NCBI GenBank assembly: GCA_036833455.1
Contig: DAITPU010000001.1
Coordinates: 182,397-237,015 of the forward strand
Length of the DNA stretch: 54,619 nucleotides
DNA from: a bacterium
GTDB taxonomy: Archaea; Nanobdellota; Nanobdellia; Pacearchaeales; GW2011-AR1
Direction: 5' to 3'
Part shown: positions 18,763-27,437 of the stretch, in pieces
Numbering within the stretch: the stretch's first letter is position 1
How the letters are laid out: every line of letters starts with the position of its first letter
Program-made: the position numbers and the translations under genes
Notes under the pieces: generated by a model
What the model was told of the DNA's origin: nothing
The model's database searches: none
Seen by the model: only the letters and a program-made list of their open reading frames with translations

Positions 18763-19464
18763 ATGAAATTCGAACAAGAAGATATAGTTATTTGCACAGT
18801 AGATAGAATTATAGGGGCCACTGTTTTTGTAAAAATAGATGATTCTCAAAAAGAAGGAAGTATTGTTCTTTCCGAAATTGCGCCAGGAAGAATAAGAAAT
18901 CTAAGAGAATATGTTGTTCCAAAGAAAAAAATTATATGTAAAGTTTTAGATCCTTCTACAGACCCCATCCGATTATCTTTAAGACGAGTTAAAGATAAAG
19001 AAAAAAAAGAAAAATTAGAAGAAGCTAAATTGGAGAAAAATTGCATAGGTGCTATAAGAAGCATAATGAAAGAGGACACAAATGAATTAATAAAAAAAAT
19101 AAAGGAAAATGAATCCTTATCTTCCTTTTTAGAAAATTGTAAAAAAAATCAGAAAGAGTTAATTGAATTAGTAGGAAGAGAAAATTCAAAAAAAATTTTG
19201 GATATAATCAATTCTCAAAAAGAAAAAACAATTGGAGTTAAAAAGATAATTCAATTAAACTCGAAACAACCAAATGGATTAGAATTAATAAAAAAAATTC
19301 TCTCTGGAGAATCTAATTTTGAAGTAAGGTATCTAGGATCTGGAAGGTATTCACTCTCCTTAGAAGGTCAAGATATAAAAGAAGCAAACAAGACAATGGA
19401 AGATTTTCTTTCAAAAATAGAAAATTTTTCTAAACAAAATTTAATTACTTTTAAATTGGAGTAA
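18763..19464 (+). CDS. eif2a: Translation initiation factor 2 alpha subunit
   Basis: S1 domain with SEIAPGRIRNLREYV...K.ICKVL..LSLRRV; C-terminal YLGSGRYSL. Confidence 0.88.
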   Translation: MKFEQEDIVICTVDRIIGATVFVKIDDSQKEGSIVLSEIAPGRIRNLREYVVPKKKIICKVLDPSTDPIRLSLRRVKDKEKKEKLEEAKLEKNCIGAIRSIMKEDTNELIKKIKENESLSSFLENCKKNQKELIELVGRENSKKILDIINSQKEKTIGVKKIIQLNSKQPNGLELIKKILSGESNFEVRYLGSGRYSLSLEGQDIKEANKTMEDFLSKIENFSKQNLITFKLE

Positions 19465-19531
19465 ATTTTTCAAAAAATACAACTCTCAAAAGAATAAAAA
19501 TCCTTAAAAAGGAGCAACTTCTTAAAAAAAT

Positions 19532-19924
19532 ATGGAAACACAAAAATTTAGAATAAGAATTGTGGGAATTATATTTGATCCTTCAAAAAGAATGATTTTA
19601 GTAGGAAAAAATAAGGATGATGAAAAGTACTCATTTCTTGAAGGAGATTTGACTTATGAAGAAGAATTAGATAAATGTTTAAAGAGGACAATTACTGAAA
19701 AAACAGGATATGTTGCTCATAATTTAGGGGCAGTATATGCAGAAAATAGACTTAGAGAGAAAGATAAGGTTAAAATACATTTTCTATGCGAAGCTACAGA
19801 AGGAAAAGAAAAACCCGGAAAAAACGTTTCAGAATTAATTTGGGTTAAACCTTCAAAAGTAGAAAAACACTTGGGAGTTAAATTACCCTCAAGATTAAGA
19901 GAATACATTACTAATTTAGAATGA
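19532..19924 (+). CDS. Nudix-fold protein with a degenerate Nudix box
   Basis: G-x5-E-x7-RTITEKTGY; E..W..P near the C-terminus. Confidence 0.78.
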   Translation: METQKFRIRIVGIIFDPSKRMILVGKNKDDEKYSFLEGDLTYEEELDKCLKRTITEKTGYVAHNLGAVYAENRLREKDKVKIHFLCEATEGKEKPGKNVSELIWVKPSKVEKHLGVKLPSRLREYITNLE

Positions 19925-20070
19925 AACTAAGATATTTTTTAAAAGAAAATAAAAAAATTTATACACTAAAAAAAACTAATTATGACGAGGAAACTAAAGA
20001 AGCCCATTATAAATTTTTAAAACTAAAAGACGCACCAAAATCAAATCCCTTGATAGTAAGAAAAAACTAG
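19921..20070 (+). CDS. nop10: Nop10-like micro-protein, 49 aa, no Cys; not in the ORF track
   Basis: MKLRYFLKENKKIYTLKKTNYDEETKEAHYKFLKLKDAPKSNPLIVRKN; YTLK and T..AH motifs; ATGA overlap with the Nudix stop; two genes downstream of aIF2-alpha. Confidence 0.6.
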   Translation: MKLRYFLKENKKIYTLKKTNYDEETKEAHYKFLKLKDAPKSNPLIVRKN

Positions 20071-20666
20071 GGCAATGTTTTTTGTATGCAACTTTCTTTG
20101 ATTTCTTTTTTAACAATTTCCATATCTGATTCCCAAAGAGGTAATAAATCTCTTTTGTAGATTATTGCGGCAGGATGAAACAAAGGGATTAATTTAAAAG
20201 AAACTCCTTCTAAAGAAATATTCTTTACTTTTCCATGAATTGAAGTTATTCCAGGTTGATTATTCATGAGTTCCACATTTCCTTTTGCAAGAAAAAATTT
20301 TGTTGCATAATTTCCCAAAGAACAAACTACTTTTGGTTTTATTTCTTTTATTTGATGTATTAACCAAGGAGTATGTGCCCTTATTTCTTCTGGAGAAGGG
20401 TCTCTATTTTCAGGAGGGCGACATTTTAGAATATTTGCTATATAAATTTCTTCTAAACTTAAACCTACTTTTTTTAACATTTCGTCCAAATTTTTTCCTG
20501 CTTTTCCTACAAAAGGCAATCCCTCCAAATCTTCTTGTTTACCTGGAGCTTCTCCTACAAATAAAATATCTGCATTTGGATTTCCTTTTCCAATAACTAT
20601 ATTAGTGCATTTTTTGAAAATATCTGTTTCTTTAACCAACTTAACATAATCTTTTTCTTCGTTCAT
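20067..20666 (-). CDS. udg: Uracil-DNA glycosylase, family 4
   Basis: GNP.A.ILFVGEAPG..ED..G.PFVG.AG, NILKCRPP.NR.P, FHPAA. Start MNEE at 20666 gives an ATGA overlap with the upstream gene. Confidence 0.9.
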   Translation of the reverse strand: MNEEKDYVKLVKETDIFKKCTNIVIGKGNPNADILFVGEAPGKQEDLEGLPFVGKAGKNLDEMLKKVGLSLEEIYIANILKCRPPENRDPSPEEIRAHTPWLIHQIKEIKPKVVCSLGNYATKFFLAKGNVELMNNQPGITSIHGKVKNISLEGVSFKLIPLFHPAAIIYKRDLLPLWESDMEIVKKEIKESCIQKTLP

Positions 20667-21016
20667 AAAATTCTTCTCCAATTAATTTTTTGCAATATTC
20701 TGTCTAATTGATCCACACTTTTTCTTCTTAAGAAACCATATTCATCTTTTATATTTAAATTAATTATTTTCGTTTTTTCAACACTAAAGTTTTCTTTCAA
20801 AAATTTTTCCATATATTTTTCCATAACAAAAATTTTATCTGCTCTATTCAAAATCCTTTTATTTATCTTTTTTCCAAGAAAATATGAAAGAAAGCCCATT
20901 CCCGCAGATCTGACTTTTGCATCTATTTTTCTTCCCCTAAGGTATCCTCTGAGAAATTCTGCACCAAATTTACTTCTGGTAAAATTATGTTGACAAATAA
21001 AAAGATATTCTTTCAT
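20663..21016 (-). CDS. Low-molecular-weight protein-tyrosine phosphatase / arsenate reductase-like protein
   Basis: LFICQHNFTRS (Cx5R P-loop), SAG, ADKIFVME, LNIKDEY. Confidence 0.85.
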   Translation of the reverse strand: MKEYLFICQHNFTRSKFGAEFLRGYLRGRKIDAKVRSAGMGFLSYFLGKKINKRILNRADKIFVMEKYMEKFLKENFSVEKTKIINLNIKDEYGFLRRKSVDQLDRILQKINWRRIL

Positions 21017-21036
21017 ATTCTTCTAAAATTAATTAA

Positions 21037-21048
21037 CTTTTTAAATTT
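21037..21048. promoter_or_regulatory. Overlapping bidirectional TATA element between the phosphatase gene and ndk
   Basis: CTTTTTAAATTT reads as a T-run/A-run box on both strands, about 28-29 nt from both ATGs (21016 and 21067). Confidence 0.5.
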
Positions 21049-21066
21049 AAACAAATTATTTCCTAT

Positions 21067-21510
21067 ATGGAAAGAACACTCGTACTAATAAAACCAGACG
21101 CAATGGCAAAAAGACTTGCAGGAAATATCATCTCTGATTTATATTTTTTAAATCTAAAAATGATTGGATTAAAGCTAGTAAATGTAAATTCAGATTTAGC
21201 TGAAAGGCATTATGAACAACATAAGGAAAAACCTTTTTTTAAAGATCTTATTAGACATTTAACCGGCGAATTGCACAATAATGAAAATGTAATTGCTATG
21301 GTTTATGAGGGAGAAAATGCAATTCAGAAAATCCGAGATTTTATTGGAAAAACAAATCCTGACGATTGCGAGCCTTGGCATATTCGAGGAAAATACGGAA
21401 AAATACATACAAAAACGAATTGTCATGAAACAGTAATTCATGCTTCGGATTCAAAAGAATCAGCAGAAAGAGAGATATATCTTTGGTTCAACGAAAATGA
21501 ATTGATTTAA
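21067..21510 (+). CDS. ndk: Nucleoside diphosphate kinase
   Basis: ERTLVLIKPDA, HY..HK.KPFF, G.TNP, IRG.YG, catalytic IHASDS.ESA.RE. Confidence 0.95.
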   Translation: MERTLVLIKPDAMAKRLAGNIISDLYFLNLKMIGLKLVNVNSDLAERHYEQHKEKPFFKDLIRHLTGELHNNENVIAMVYEGENAIQKIRDFIGKTNPDDCEPWHIRGKYGKIHTKTNCHETVIHASDSKESAEREIYLWFNENELI

Positions 21511-21518
21511 AAATAATT

Positions 21519-21740
21519 CTAAAAAGGAACAAAATTTCCCAAACAATCTTCTTCAAATTCTTTTTTAGTTTTAAAAGGAATTAATAATTCCCCAAACTTA
21601 TTTATTTTTTCTTCAATTCCAGATAGGGATTTGTTGCAATAAAAAATTCCCTTCATAATTCCAACTGTCCCTTCTTTTATTTCGTAATGCAGTACAAAAT
21701 TATTTCCTCTAAGGCTGTATAAATAAGATATAGTTTCCAT
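21519..21740 (-). CDS. Hypothetical protein
   Basis: 73-aa ORF starting 6 nt after the radA stop, co-oriented. Confidence 0.5.
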   Translation of the reverse strand: METISYLYSLRGNNFVLHYEIKEGTVGIMKGIFYCNKSLSGIEEKINKFGELLIPFKTKKEFEEDCLGNFVPF

Positions 21741-21746
21741 ATTAAA

Positions 21747-22796
21747 TTATTCTTTGTCCCTAACTCCATGAGTCGTTACAAAAAAAACGCATTCATTGTC
21801 TGGAAGATTTGGACTATCAATTAATTTTCCGACACGAGAACCTTGTTTTCCTCTTCTAAGATAAACTCTATAAGTTGAAGCATGGCCGACAATATTTCCT
21901 CCGATAGCTGTTATTGGATCTCCAAATAATTGAGCAGGATTTGCCATAACTTGATTAGTAACATAAACTGCAATATTATTTGTTTCTGCTAATCTCATTA
22001 ATTCGTGCATGTATCTATTCAATTTTTGTTGTCTATCTGCAAGCTGGCCTCTCCCCGAATATTCTGCCCTAAAATGGGCTGTCAAAGAATCTATAATCAA
22101 AAGTTTTATTGGCTCTCCATCTTTAACCATTTGAGAAATTTTTTCCAAAAGTAAAATTTGATGGTCTGAATTGAAAGCCCTTGCTACTAAAATATTTTTT
22201 AAAACCATCTCTGGATTAGCTCCAATCCCTTCTGCTATCTGTTTTATTCTCTCTGGCCTAAAAGTACCCTCTGTATCCACGAAAACCGCTTTACCTTCAG
22301 CCCCTCCTTTATCGAGGGGAAGTTGCACATTAACTGCTAAAGAAAGGCCTACTTGAGTTTTACCAGAACCAAAAGCCCCAAAAGCTTCTGTAATTGCTCT
22401 TGATTCAACCCCTTTTCCCCCTAAAAGATCATCAAGATTTTTACTTCCAGTGGTAATATAATGGACTCCTGCTCGCTTCCTTGCAAACTCCATTCCATCT
22501 ACAAAATCTAATTTCATCAAAGTACGAGCTGCTTGTATTGCTTTTCTGGCAACTGCTTCACTAACTCCTGCATTCTCGCTTAAGGTAGCGACAGGTAAAA
22601 CAGCCAGGCTAATAAGATCATATATTCCTGCTGCTTCCAGTTTAGCTACGGCAGCTGGACCTATCCCTGGAAGATCCATTAGCGTGGGCTCTTTATCTTC
22701 TTCCTTTTTAGATTTAGAAGTTTTCTTAGATTTTATTTCTCCCTCTTCCGAAGAAATAGCTTCCTTAATACTTTCCACTTCTTTTTTAATCGCCAT
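21747..22796 (-). CDS. radA: DNA repair and recombination protein RadA
   Basis: N-terminal HhH (DLPGIGP), GAFGSGKTQ, DTEGTFRPER, DSLTAHFR, RQQKLN, TNQV, GGNIVGH; no intein. Confidence 0.97.
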   Translation of the reverse strand: MAIKKEVESIKEAISSEEGEIKSKKTSKSKKEEDKEPTLMDLPGIGPAAVAKLEAAGIYDLISLAVLPVATLSENAGVSEAVARKAIQAARTLMKLDFVDGMEFARKRAGVHYITTGSKNLDDLLGGKGVESRAITEAFGAFGSGKTQVGLSLAVNVQLPLDKGGAEGKAVFVDTEGTFRPERIKQIAEGIGANPEMVLKNILVARAFNSDHQILLLEKISQMVKDGEPIKLLIIDSLTAHFRAEYSGRGQLADRQQKLNRYMHELMRLAETNNIAVYVTNQVMANPAQLFGDPITAIGGNIVGHASTYRVYLRRGKQGSRVGKLIDSPNLPDNECVFFVTTHGVRDKE

Positions 22797-22847
22797 AAAA
22801 AAATAAATTAATCTTCATTTATAAACATTATAGCAATAAAAAATATA

Positions 22848-23312
22848 CTAAAAATAAGAATTGATCATTCTAAAAAAGAAAACCAAAATTAAGAAAGAAA
22901 GAACTATAAATATTATCAATTCGATTTTGCCTCCCGATCTTATAAACCCCTTAATTTTTAAATTAAATGGCCAAAAAAGATTGATTCCTTGCTTAGTTAA
23001 ACTATCCAAAAATAAATGCAAAAAATAACCTAAAGCAAAAGCAAAAGCTATCTCTTCTTTTTTGACAAAAAAATAAATAAAAGAAAAAAATAAAATTCCA
23101 AAAAATAGACTATGAAAAAAACCCCTATGTTTATTAAATGCCGTTAAAATTTTAAAAAGAGGTTTCCTTCCTACTCTAGAGTTATTTGAATCTATGTCTG
23201 GAATAACCGTAGAAATAAGGCCTATAAAAAAGAAAATAAAAGGAGCATTTATTTTATTGAAAATTAACAAAAAAATAAAAATAAAAAAAATTATATGTGT
23301 CCTAAATAACAT
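22848..23312 (-). CDS. Membrane-bound metal-dependent hydrolase, YdjM/DUF457-like
   Basis: MLFRTH, IPDID, HRGFFHS, GYFLHLFLDSLT..G..LFWP. Confidence 0.88.
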   Translation of the reverse strand: MLFRTHIIFFIFIFLLIFNKINAPFIFFFIGLISTVIPDIDSNNSRVGRKPLFKILTAFNKHRGFFHSLFFGILFFSFIYFFVKKEEIAFAFALGYFLHLFLDSLTKQGINLFWPFNLKIKGFIRSGGKIELIIFIVLSFLILVFFFRMINSYF

Positions 23313-23313
23313 C

Positions 23314-24246
23314 TCAATTTTTTTCCAATAAAGCAATTAATTTATCTGAATCCACTTCTTCCAAGGATTCTACAATTAATTCAGAATTATTAAAATAACT
23401 ATTTAATCTCACGTCTCCAGTAATAAAAAATTCCTTCCCTAAAATATTTTCTCTTTGAGAATTTAAAAACTCCGTATCTTCAAAAGAATTAATTCCTATT
23501 TTTTGTACCAAATCATTAAATAAAACTGCCCTAATATTTTCAGTTCCATCGTCAATAATTATATTCAAAATAGCTCTTTTTTCTACAGGAGATCCTTTTT
23601 GAATTTCTTCTTCTGTTGCCTTCTTACCTGTTTCTGTATTTGCATTAAAAAACTTTATTTCAAAAGATTGAACTATAAATGCTCTTACCTTTATTTTTTC
23701 TCCAACTTTAAACTCCGCAATATCTTTTTCCTTAAATGGTTTATCTTCAATTACCTTCAAAAATTTCTCATTACTTAACTTTAGTTCAGAAAAACTTCCC
23801 ATATGAACTTCCCCTTGTCTCATATTTCCAGAAATAATCTCCACACTACTTCCTTCCTTAATCTCTCCTCTTTCAAGAAGATCTATATGATTTGTATCCC
23901 ACAAAACAATTTTAATATTACTGGTTTCATCTGCAACAACTATATTAACTACTTTCCCTTCTCCTCCATCTTTAGTTACAAATTTTCGAATAGGAAAGAT
24001 TTTTATCACTTTTCCACTAAAATTAACTTTTCTCATTCCAGTAAGCAGCTCATCAATTTTTAGTTTTTCGTTATCAAAAGAAACTCCTAATTCAGCTGCA
24101 ATCACTTGTAATGCTCCTTCTCTAGATATCAAACCCGAAAGTTTTGCTCTTTTAGCATCAACCCTTTTATTTATCTCTTCTTCGTCAATACCTGAACTTT
24201 CTGATAACCTCTTCAAAATTTTATTATAATTTCCCTCTTCAACCAT
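23314..24246 (-). CDS. OB-fold ssDNA-binding / RPA-like protein with DUF2240-like N-terminus
   Basis: Start at MVEEG, 24246. GLIS.EGA..VIA.ELG; DETSNIKIVLWD; DDGTENIRAVLF. Confidence 0.8.
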   Translation of the reverse strand: MVEEGNYNKILKRLSESSGIDEEEINKRVDAKRAKLSGLISREGALQVIAAELGVSFDNEKLKIDELLTGMRKVNFSGKVIKIFPIRKFVTKDGGEGKVVNIVVADETSNIKIVLWDTNHIDLLERGEIKEGSSVEIISGNMRQGEVHMGSFSELKLSNEKFLKVIEDKPFKEKDIAEFKVGEKIKVRAFIVQSFEIKFFNANTETGKKATEEEIQKGSPVEKRAILNIIIDDGTENIRAVLFNDLVQKIGINSFEDTEFLNSQRENILGKEFFITGDVRLNSYFNNSELIVESLEEVDSDKLIALLEKN

Positions 24247-24313
24247 AAAACACACAAAAACACTTTTCTTTTTAAGTATTATGTCACTCTTATATAAAAA
24301 TAACCAAAACTCT

Positions 24314-24326
24314 TTTAAAACCAAAG
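24314..24326 (+). promoter_or_regulatory. TATA-like box TTTAAAACCAAAG for aEF-1beta
   Basis: Starts 27 nt upstream of the ATG at 24341; identical 13-mer to the one at aIF2-alpha. Confidence 0.55.
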
Positions 24327-24340
24327 AACATTTGAAGAAC

Positions 24341-24613
24341 ATGGCAGGAATAAATGGGGCAAAATACAAAATAATGCCTGAATCTCCAGAAATAGACTTA
24401 GAAGAAATAAAAAAGAATGCGCAAAAGGTTGTGGAGGAATTTGGAGGGAAAAACAAAGAATACAGCATAGAACCAATCGCATTTGGACTTAAAGCATTAG
24501 TTGTTTTTTTCTTTTATCCAGATAACCTAGAAACCGAGGGGTTGGAAGAAAAATTTTCATCTATTCCAAATGTAGCTTCTGCAAAACTAATAGATATGAG
24601 AAAAATAGCTTAA
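24341..24613 (+). CDS. ef1b: Elongation factor 1-beta
   Basis: KIMPESPEIDLE, EPIAFGLKAL; start MAG at 24341. Confidence 0.92.
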   Translation: MAGINGAKYKIMPESPEIDLEEIKKNAQKVVEEFGGKNKEYSIEPIAFGLKALVVFFFYPDNLETEGLEEKFSSIPNVASAKLIDMRKIA

Positions 24614-24618
24614 GAATA

Positions 24619-25230
24619 ATGGATAAAATAAAAGAAAACATAACTAACATTAAAGAAAAATTAATTTTAAGAATAAGAGAAGAATATGAGGAAAAAGAAG
24701 CGAATGAATTAATTTCCCATATCTCTTTGATGGAAGATGAAGAATTTATAGAATTTTTACAACAGCAAGGACTGATACAAGAAAATAAAGAAGACCCCAA
24801 ATGTCTATTTTGTTCTATGGTTTTTGGAGACATTCCCACAACAAAGATAGGAGAAAATGAATCTGCAATTGCAATTTTAGAAATTAATCCTATTTCTAAA
24901 GGACATTCCTTAATAATTCCAAAAAATCATCTTACTTCTTCAGAAGAGATTACTGAAGAAATAAAAGAGTTAGCTAGGGAAATTGCCCAAAAAATAAATA
25001 AAAATTTTGCCACAAAAAAAGTAGAATTTTCTTCATCAAATATAATGGGACACGAATTCATCAATGTTCTCCCAGTATATTCTAATGAAAGTTTTGATTC
25101 ATTAAGAAATAAAAAAAGCCCAGAAGAATTATTTCAAATAAAAAAAGAACTTGAAGATTTACCAAAAGAGGAGAAAATAGAATTAAAAGAAGAACATTTT
25201 GAATTAAAAAAAAGACCAAGAATCCCTTAG
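24619..25230 (+). CDS. HIT-family protein with N-terminal helical extension and degenerate triad
   Basis: CLFC, EINPISKGHSLIIPKNH; triad position reads HEFIN. Confidence 0.8.
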   Translation: MDKIKENITNIKEKLILRIREEYEEKEANELISHISLMEDEEFIEFLQQQGLIQENKEDPKCLFCSMVFGDIPTTKIGENESAIAILEINPISKGHSLIIPKNHLTSSEEITEEIKELAREIAQKINKNFATKKVEFSSSNIMGHEFINVLPVYSNESFDSLRNKKSPEELFQIKKELEDLPKEEKIELKEEHFELKKRPRIP

Positions 25231-26057
25231 AATAAACTAAATTTTTTATAAATAAATATAATCAAAAGCAAAAAACTTATCAGAAAAACTGGAGCAAATT
25301 GAACTCCATACCTAATTCTCACAAATTTCTTTTTTTTCAAGAGGGCTATATCTTTTTTTTGCAATCCATCCCAATTCGCTTTAATAACTTTATTCCCTAC
25401 TTTAACATCCTCATATAACCAATCTCCTAAGGATAATTTATTTGTTGGAACTCTTTTAACCATACAAGATTCGTCCACGGATTTAGCATATAAAAAAAGA
25501 TAAGGTAAAAGAAAAGATAAAACCCCCAAATAAAAAAATTGCTCAAAATAAAAACCAAAAATTAAAAAAACACAAGCTAAAATAAGGCCAAGAAAAATAA
25601 TCTTTTTAGATTTAGAAAATTGGTTTTTAAATTCTTTCTTTAATTTTTTCCAATTTTTTAAACCAATATAAAAACTAGCAAAAAGGCCATAAATTGCTCC
25701 TATGATTAGAAAGATCAAAATAAATAAGATAAATAAATTTAGGTTTGAAAAAAAGTCGGAATAAACAGGAAGAATTGCCCCTAAAGCAAACATTAAACTG
25801 GCATCTCCTCCTGCAAACATTTTACCATAATAAAAAAGCTGGCTTAATCCAAAAAAAATTAAAAGTCCGATTAATCCTTGATAAAAAAGATAAAAGTTTT
25901 CTGCTTCAAATAACCCGTAAAAAAACCTAAAACCAAGCGCAAAAATAATTAAACTAAAATTTAACCAATTAGCTATTTCACTTGTCCTAATATCCTGTAT
26001 TGTCGCAAAAAGTATCCATAAAAAACCTAATGCTAATAAAAAATAAATCTCTATCAT
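25227..26057 (-). CDS. Prepilin peptidase (A24, FlaK/PibD-like)
   Basis: TIQDIRT.EI.NW (first Asp), AGGD (GxGD-type second Asp), L..GDW, C-terminal FAP.FL; many TMs. Confidence 0.9.
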   Translation of the reverse strand: MIEIYFLLALGFLWILFATIQDIRTSEIANWLNFSLIIFALGFRFFYGLFEAENFYLFYQGLIGLLIFFGLSQLFYYGKMFAGGDASLMFALGAILPVYSDFFSNLNLFILFILIFLIIGAIYGLFASFYIGLKNWKKLKKEFKNQFSKSKKIIFLGLILACVFLIFGFYFEQFFYLGVLSFLLPYLFLYAKSVDESCMVKRVPTNKLSLGDWLYEDVKVGNKVIKANWDGLQKKDIALLKKKKFVRIRYGVQFAPVFLISFLLLIIFIYKKFSLF

Positions 26058-26220
26058 TTTAATGGAAAGAAAAAAGAGTTTATAATTTTAATTTCTTTTA
26101 TTATTTAAAGAAATTTTTGAACTTCTTTCTCTCCCGCCACTTTTATAAGGATGTTTTTTCTTTTCCTTTTTCTTAAATTTTCCTTTATTCCTCTTATCAG
26201 AAAAAGCATAATCATTCATT

Positions 26221-26664
26221 TTATTTCAAATCGATAAAACAAGCACTTTCGGAAGATAAAGAACTAACATCATAAGTTCCAGAAGATAATTCAGGGTTTC
26301 CAGGAATCTTATTTATCAATATAGACCCACATTCCAGATTACATTCGATATTACATTCTTTGATTCCGTATTTAGAAAATTCATTAACTGAAGCGAAAAC
26401 AGCACAAGAGGATTCTATTTTATTCTTATTTTCATCTTTTAAGATTCTTTGAGAAGAACAATAATCATATTTACTTTGAGTTAAACATGCAGATTCACAC
26501 GCTTGAACGATTTGATCCACATTAGATTTTGGAGCAAAAACCCCAAATCTCTCCCAACCCATCATAAATCCCAAAGCAAGAACAACCAAAACAATCAACC
26601 CTAAAATTAAAAGAATAATAGTGCTGGTACTCATTCCTTGAGCCTTTTTATTATTAAAAATCAT
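26221..26664 (-). CDS. Pilin-like protein, class III signal KKA|QGMST; Cys-rich C-terminus
   Basis: Basic leader, hydrophobic helix, C..AC......YCS motif; GAGGT Shine-Dalgarno upstream. Confidence 0.82.
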   Translation of the reverse strand: MIFNNKKAQGMSTSTIILLILGLIVLVVLALGFMMGWERFGVFAPKSNVDQIVQACESACLTQSKYDYCSSQRILKDENKNKIESSCAVFASVNEFSKYGIKECNIECNLECGSILINKIPGNPELSSGTYDVSSLSSESACFIDLK

Positions 26665-26715
26665 TTTTACCTCTTAATATGAAAAATAAACGTTAAAATA
26701 CTTTATAAAACTTAC

Positions 26716-27048
26716 TTAAGAAGGAATTGAATACTTGACTGAAAATAAAAACTGAGTTTTTCTTCCTTCAAGAGTAATCTTCTTCTTTGTTTTCTCTAAA
26801 TAAAAAAATTCCTCTCCTTTAGAATTTATTATATTAAGATAAGAGGGAATTTTCATTCCTTCATTAGAATAGAATCTATATGCATCAACTTCTGCATTTA
26901 ATTGATTCATAATTTCAACTCCAACAAAAGAATTATTTACTTTTACATCTGAAAATAAAAAGACGACGATGGCAAAGGCACATAGCAAAAAAGTACCTAT
27001 AATTAAAAGAGTAACGGACAAATCTCCTCTTTTATTTTTAAAAATCAT
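26716..27048 (-). CDS. Pilin-like protein, class III signal KRG|DLSVT
   Basis: Basic leader plus hydrophobic helix; ATGA overlap with the upstream gene. Confidence 0.8.
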   Translation of the reverse strand: MIFKNKRGDLSVTLLIIGTFLLCAFAIVVFLFSDVKVNNSFVGVEIMNQLNAEVDAYRFYSNEGMKIPSYLNIINSKGEEFFYLEKTKKKITLEGRKTQFLFSVKYSIPS

Positions 27049-27437
27049 TTAAAAAAACCCTCCATTTCCAATTTTACTTCTTCGTAATTTGTCCTAAATT
27101 TTCCTTTAGAATTTAATTCTTTTAAATAATTCTCTAAGAATAATTTTTCTTGTAAATTAGAAATTTTAAAGTATGTGTAAAGGGACTTTCTTAGAAATGA
27201 ATCTTCTATTCTCAAATTAGAAGTAAATTCTACCTCTCTTTCATCAAAAGGCAGCCTTTCAATTTCTTTATTGGAAGAAACACTCTTTTTTATATCTAAA
27301 GAAATCGTCCTTGCCTTACCTAAACTAGAAGCGACAAAAATAAAAAAAACTAAAATTGCAATAATGATAATTGTTGCAATTATCCAAGTAACTCCTTCAC
27401 CTACTTGTCCCTTCCTATTTAAGATTTTCTTTTGCAT
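27045..27437 (-). CDS. Pilin-like protein, class III signal RKG|QVGEG
   Basis: Basic leader plus TWIIATIIIIAILVFFIF helix. Confidence 0.82.
   Translation of the reverse strand: MQKKILNRKGQVGEGVTWIIATIIIIAILVFFIFVASSLGKARTISLDIKKSVSSNKEIERLPFDEREVEFTSNLRIEDSFLRKSLYTYFKISNLQEKLFLENYLKELNSKGKFRTNYEEVKLEMEGFFK

Noticed and set aside
26058-26220. Two short Lys/Arg-rich minus-strand ORFs (43 aa from 26219; 36 aa from 26215) between the last pilin and the prepilin peptidase
   Set aside because: No motif, two competing frames, and a composition expected by chance in purine-rich AT DNA. Cannot be supported without homologues.
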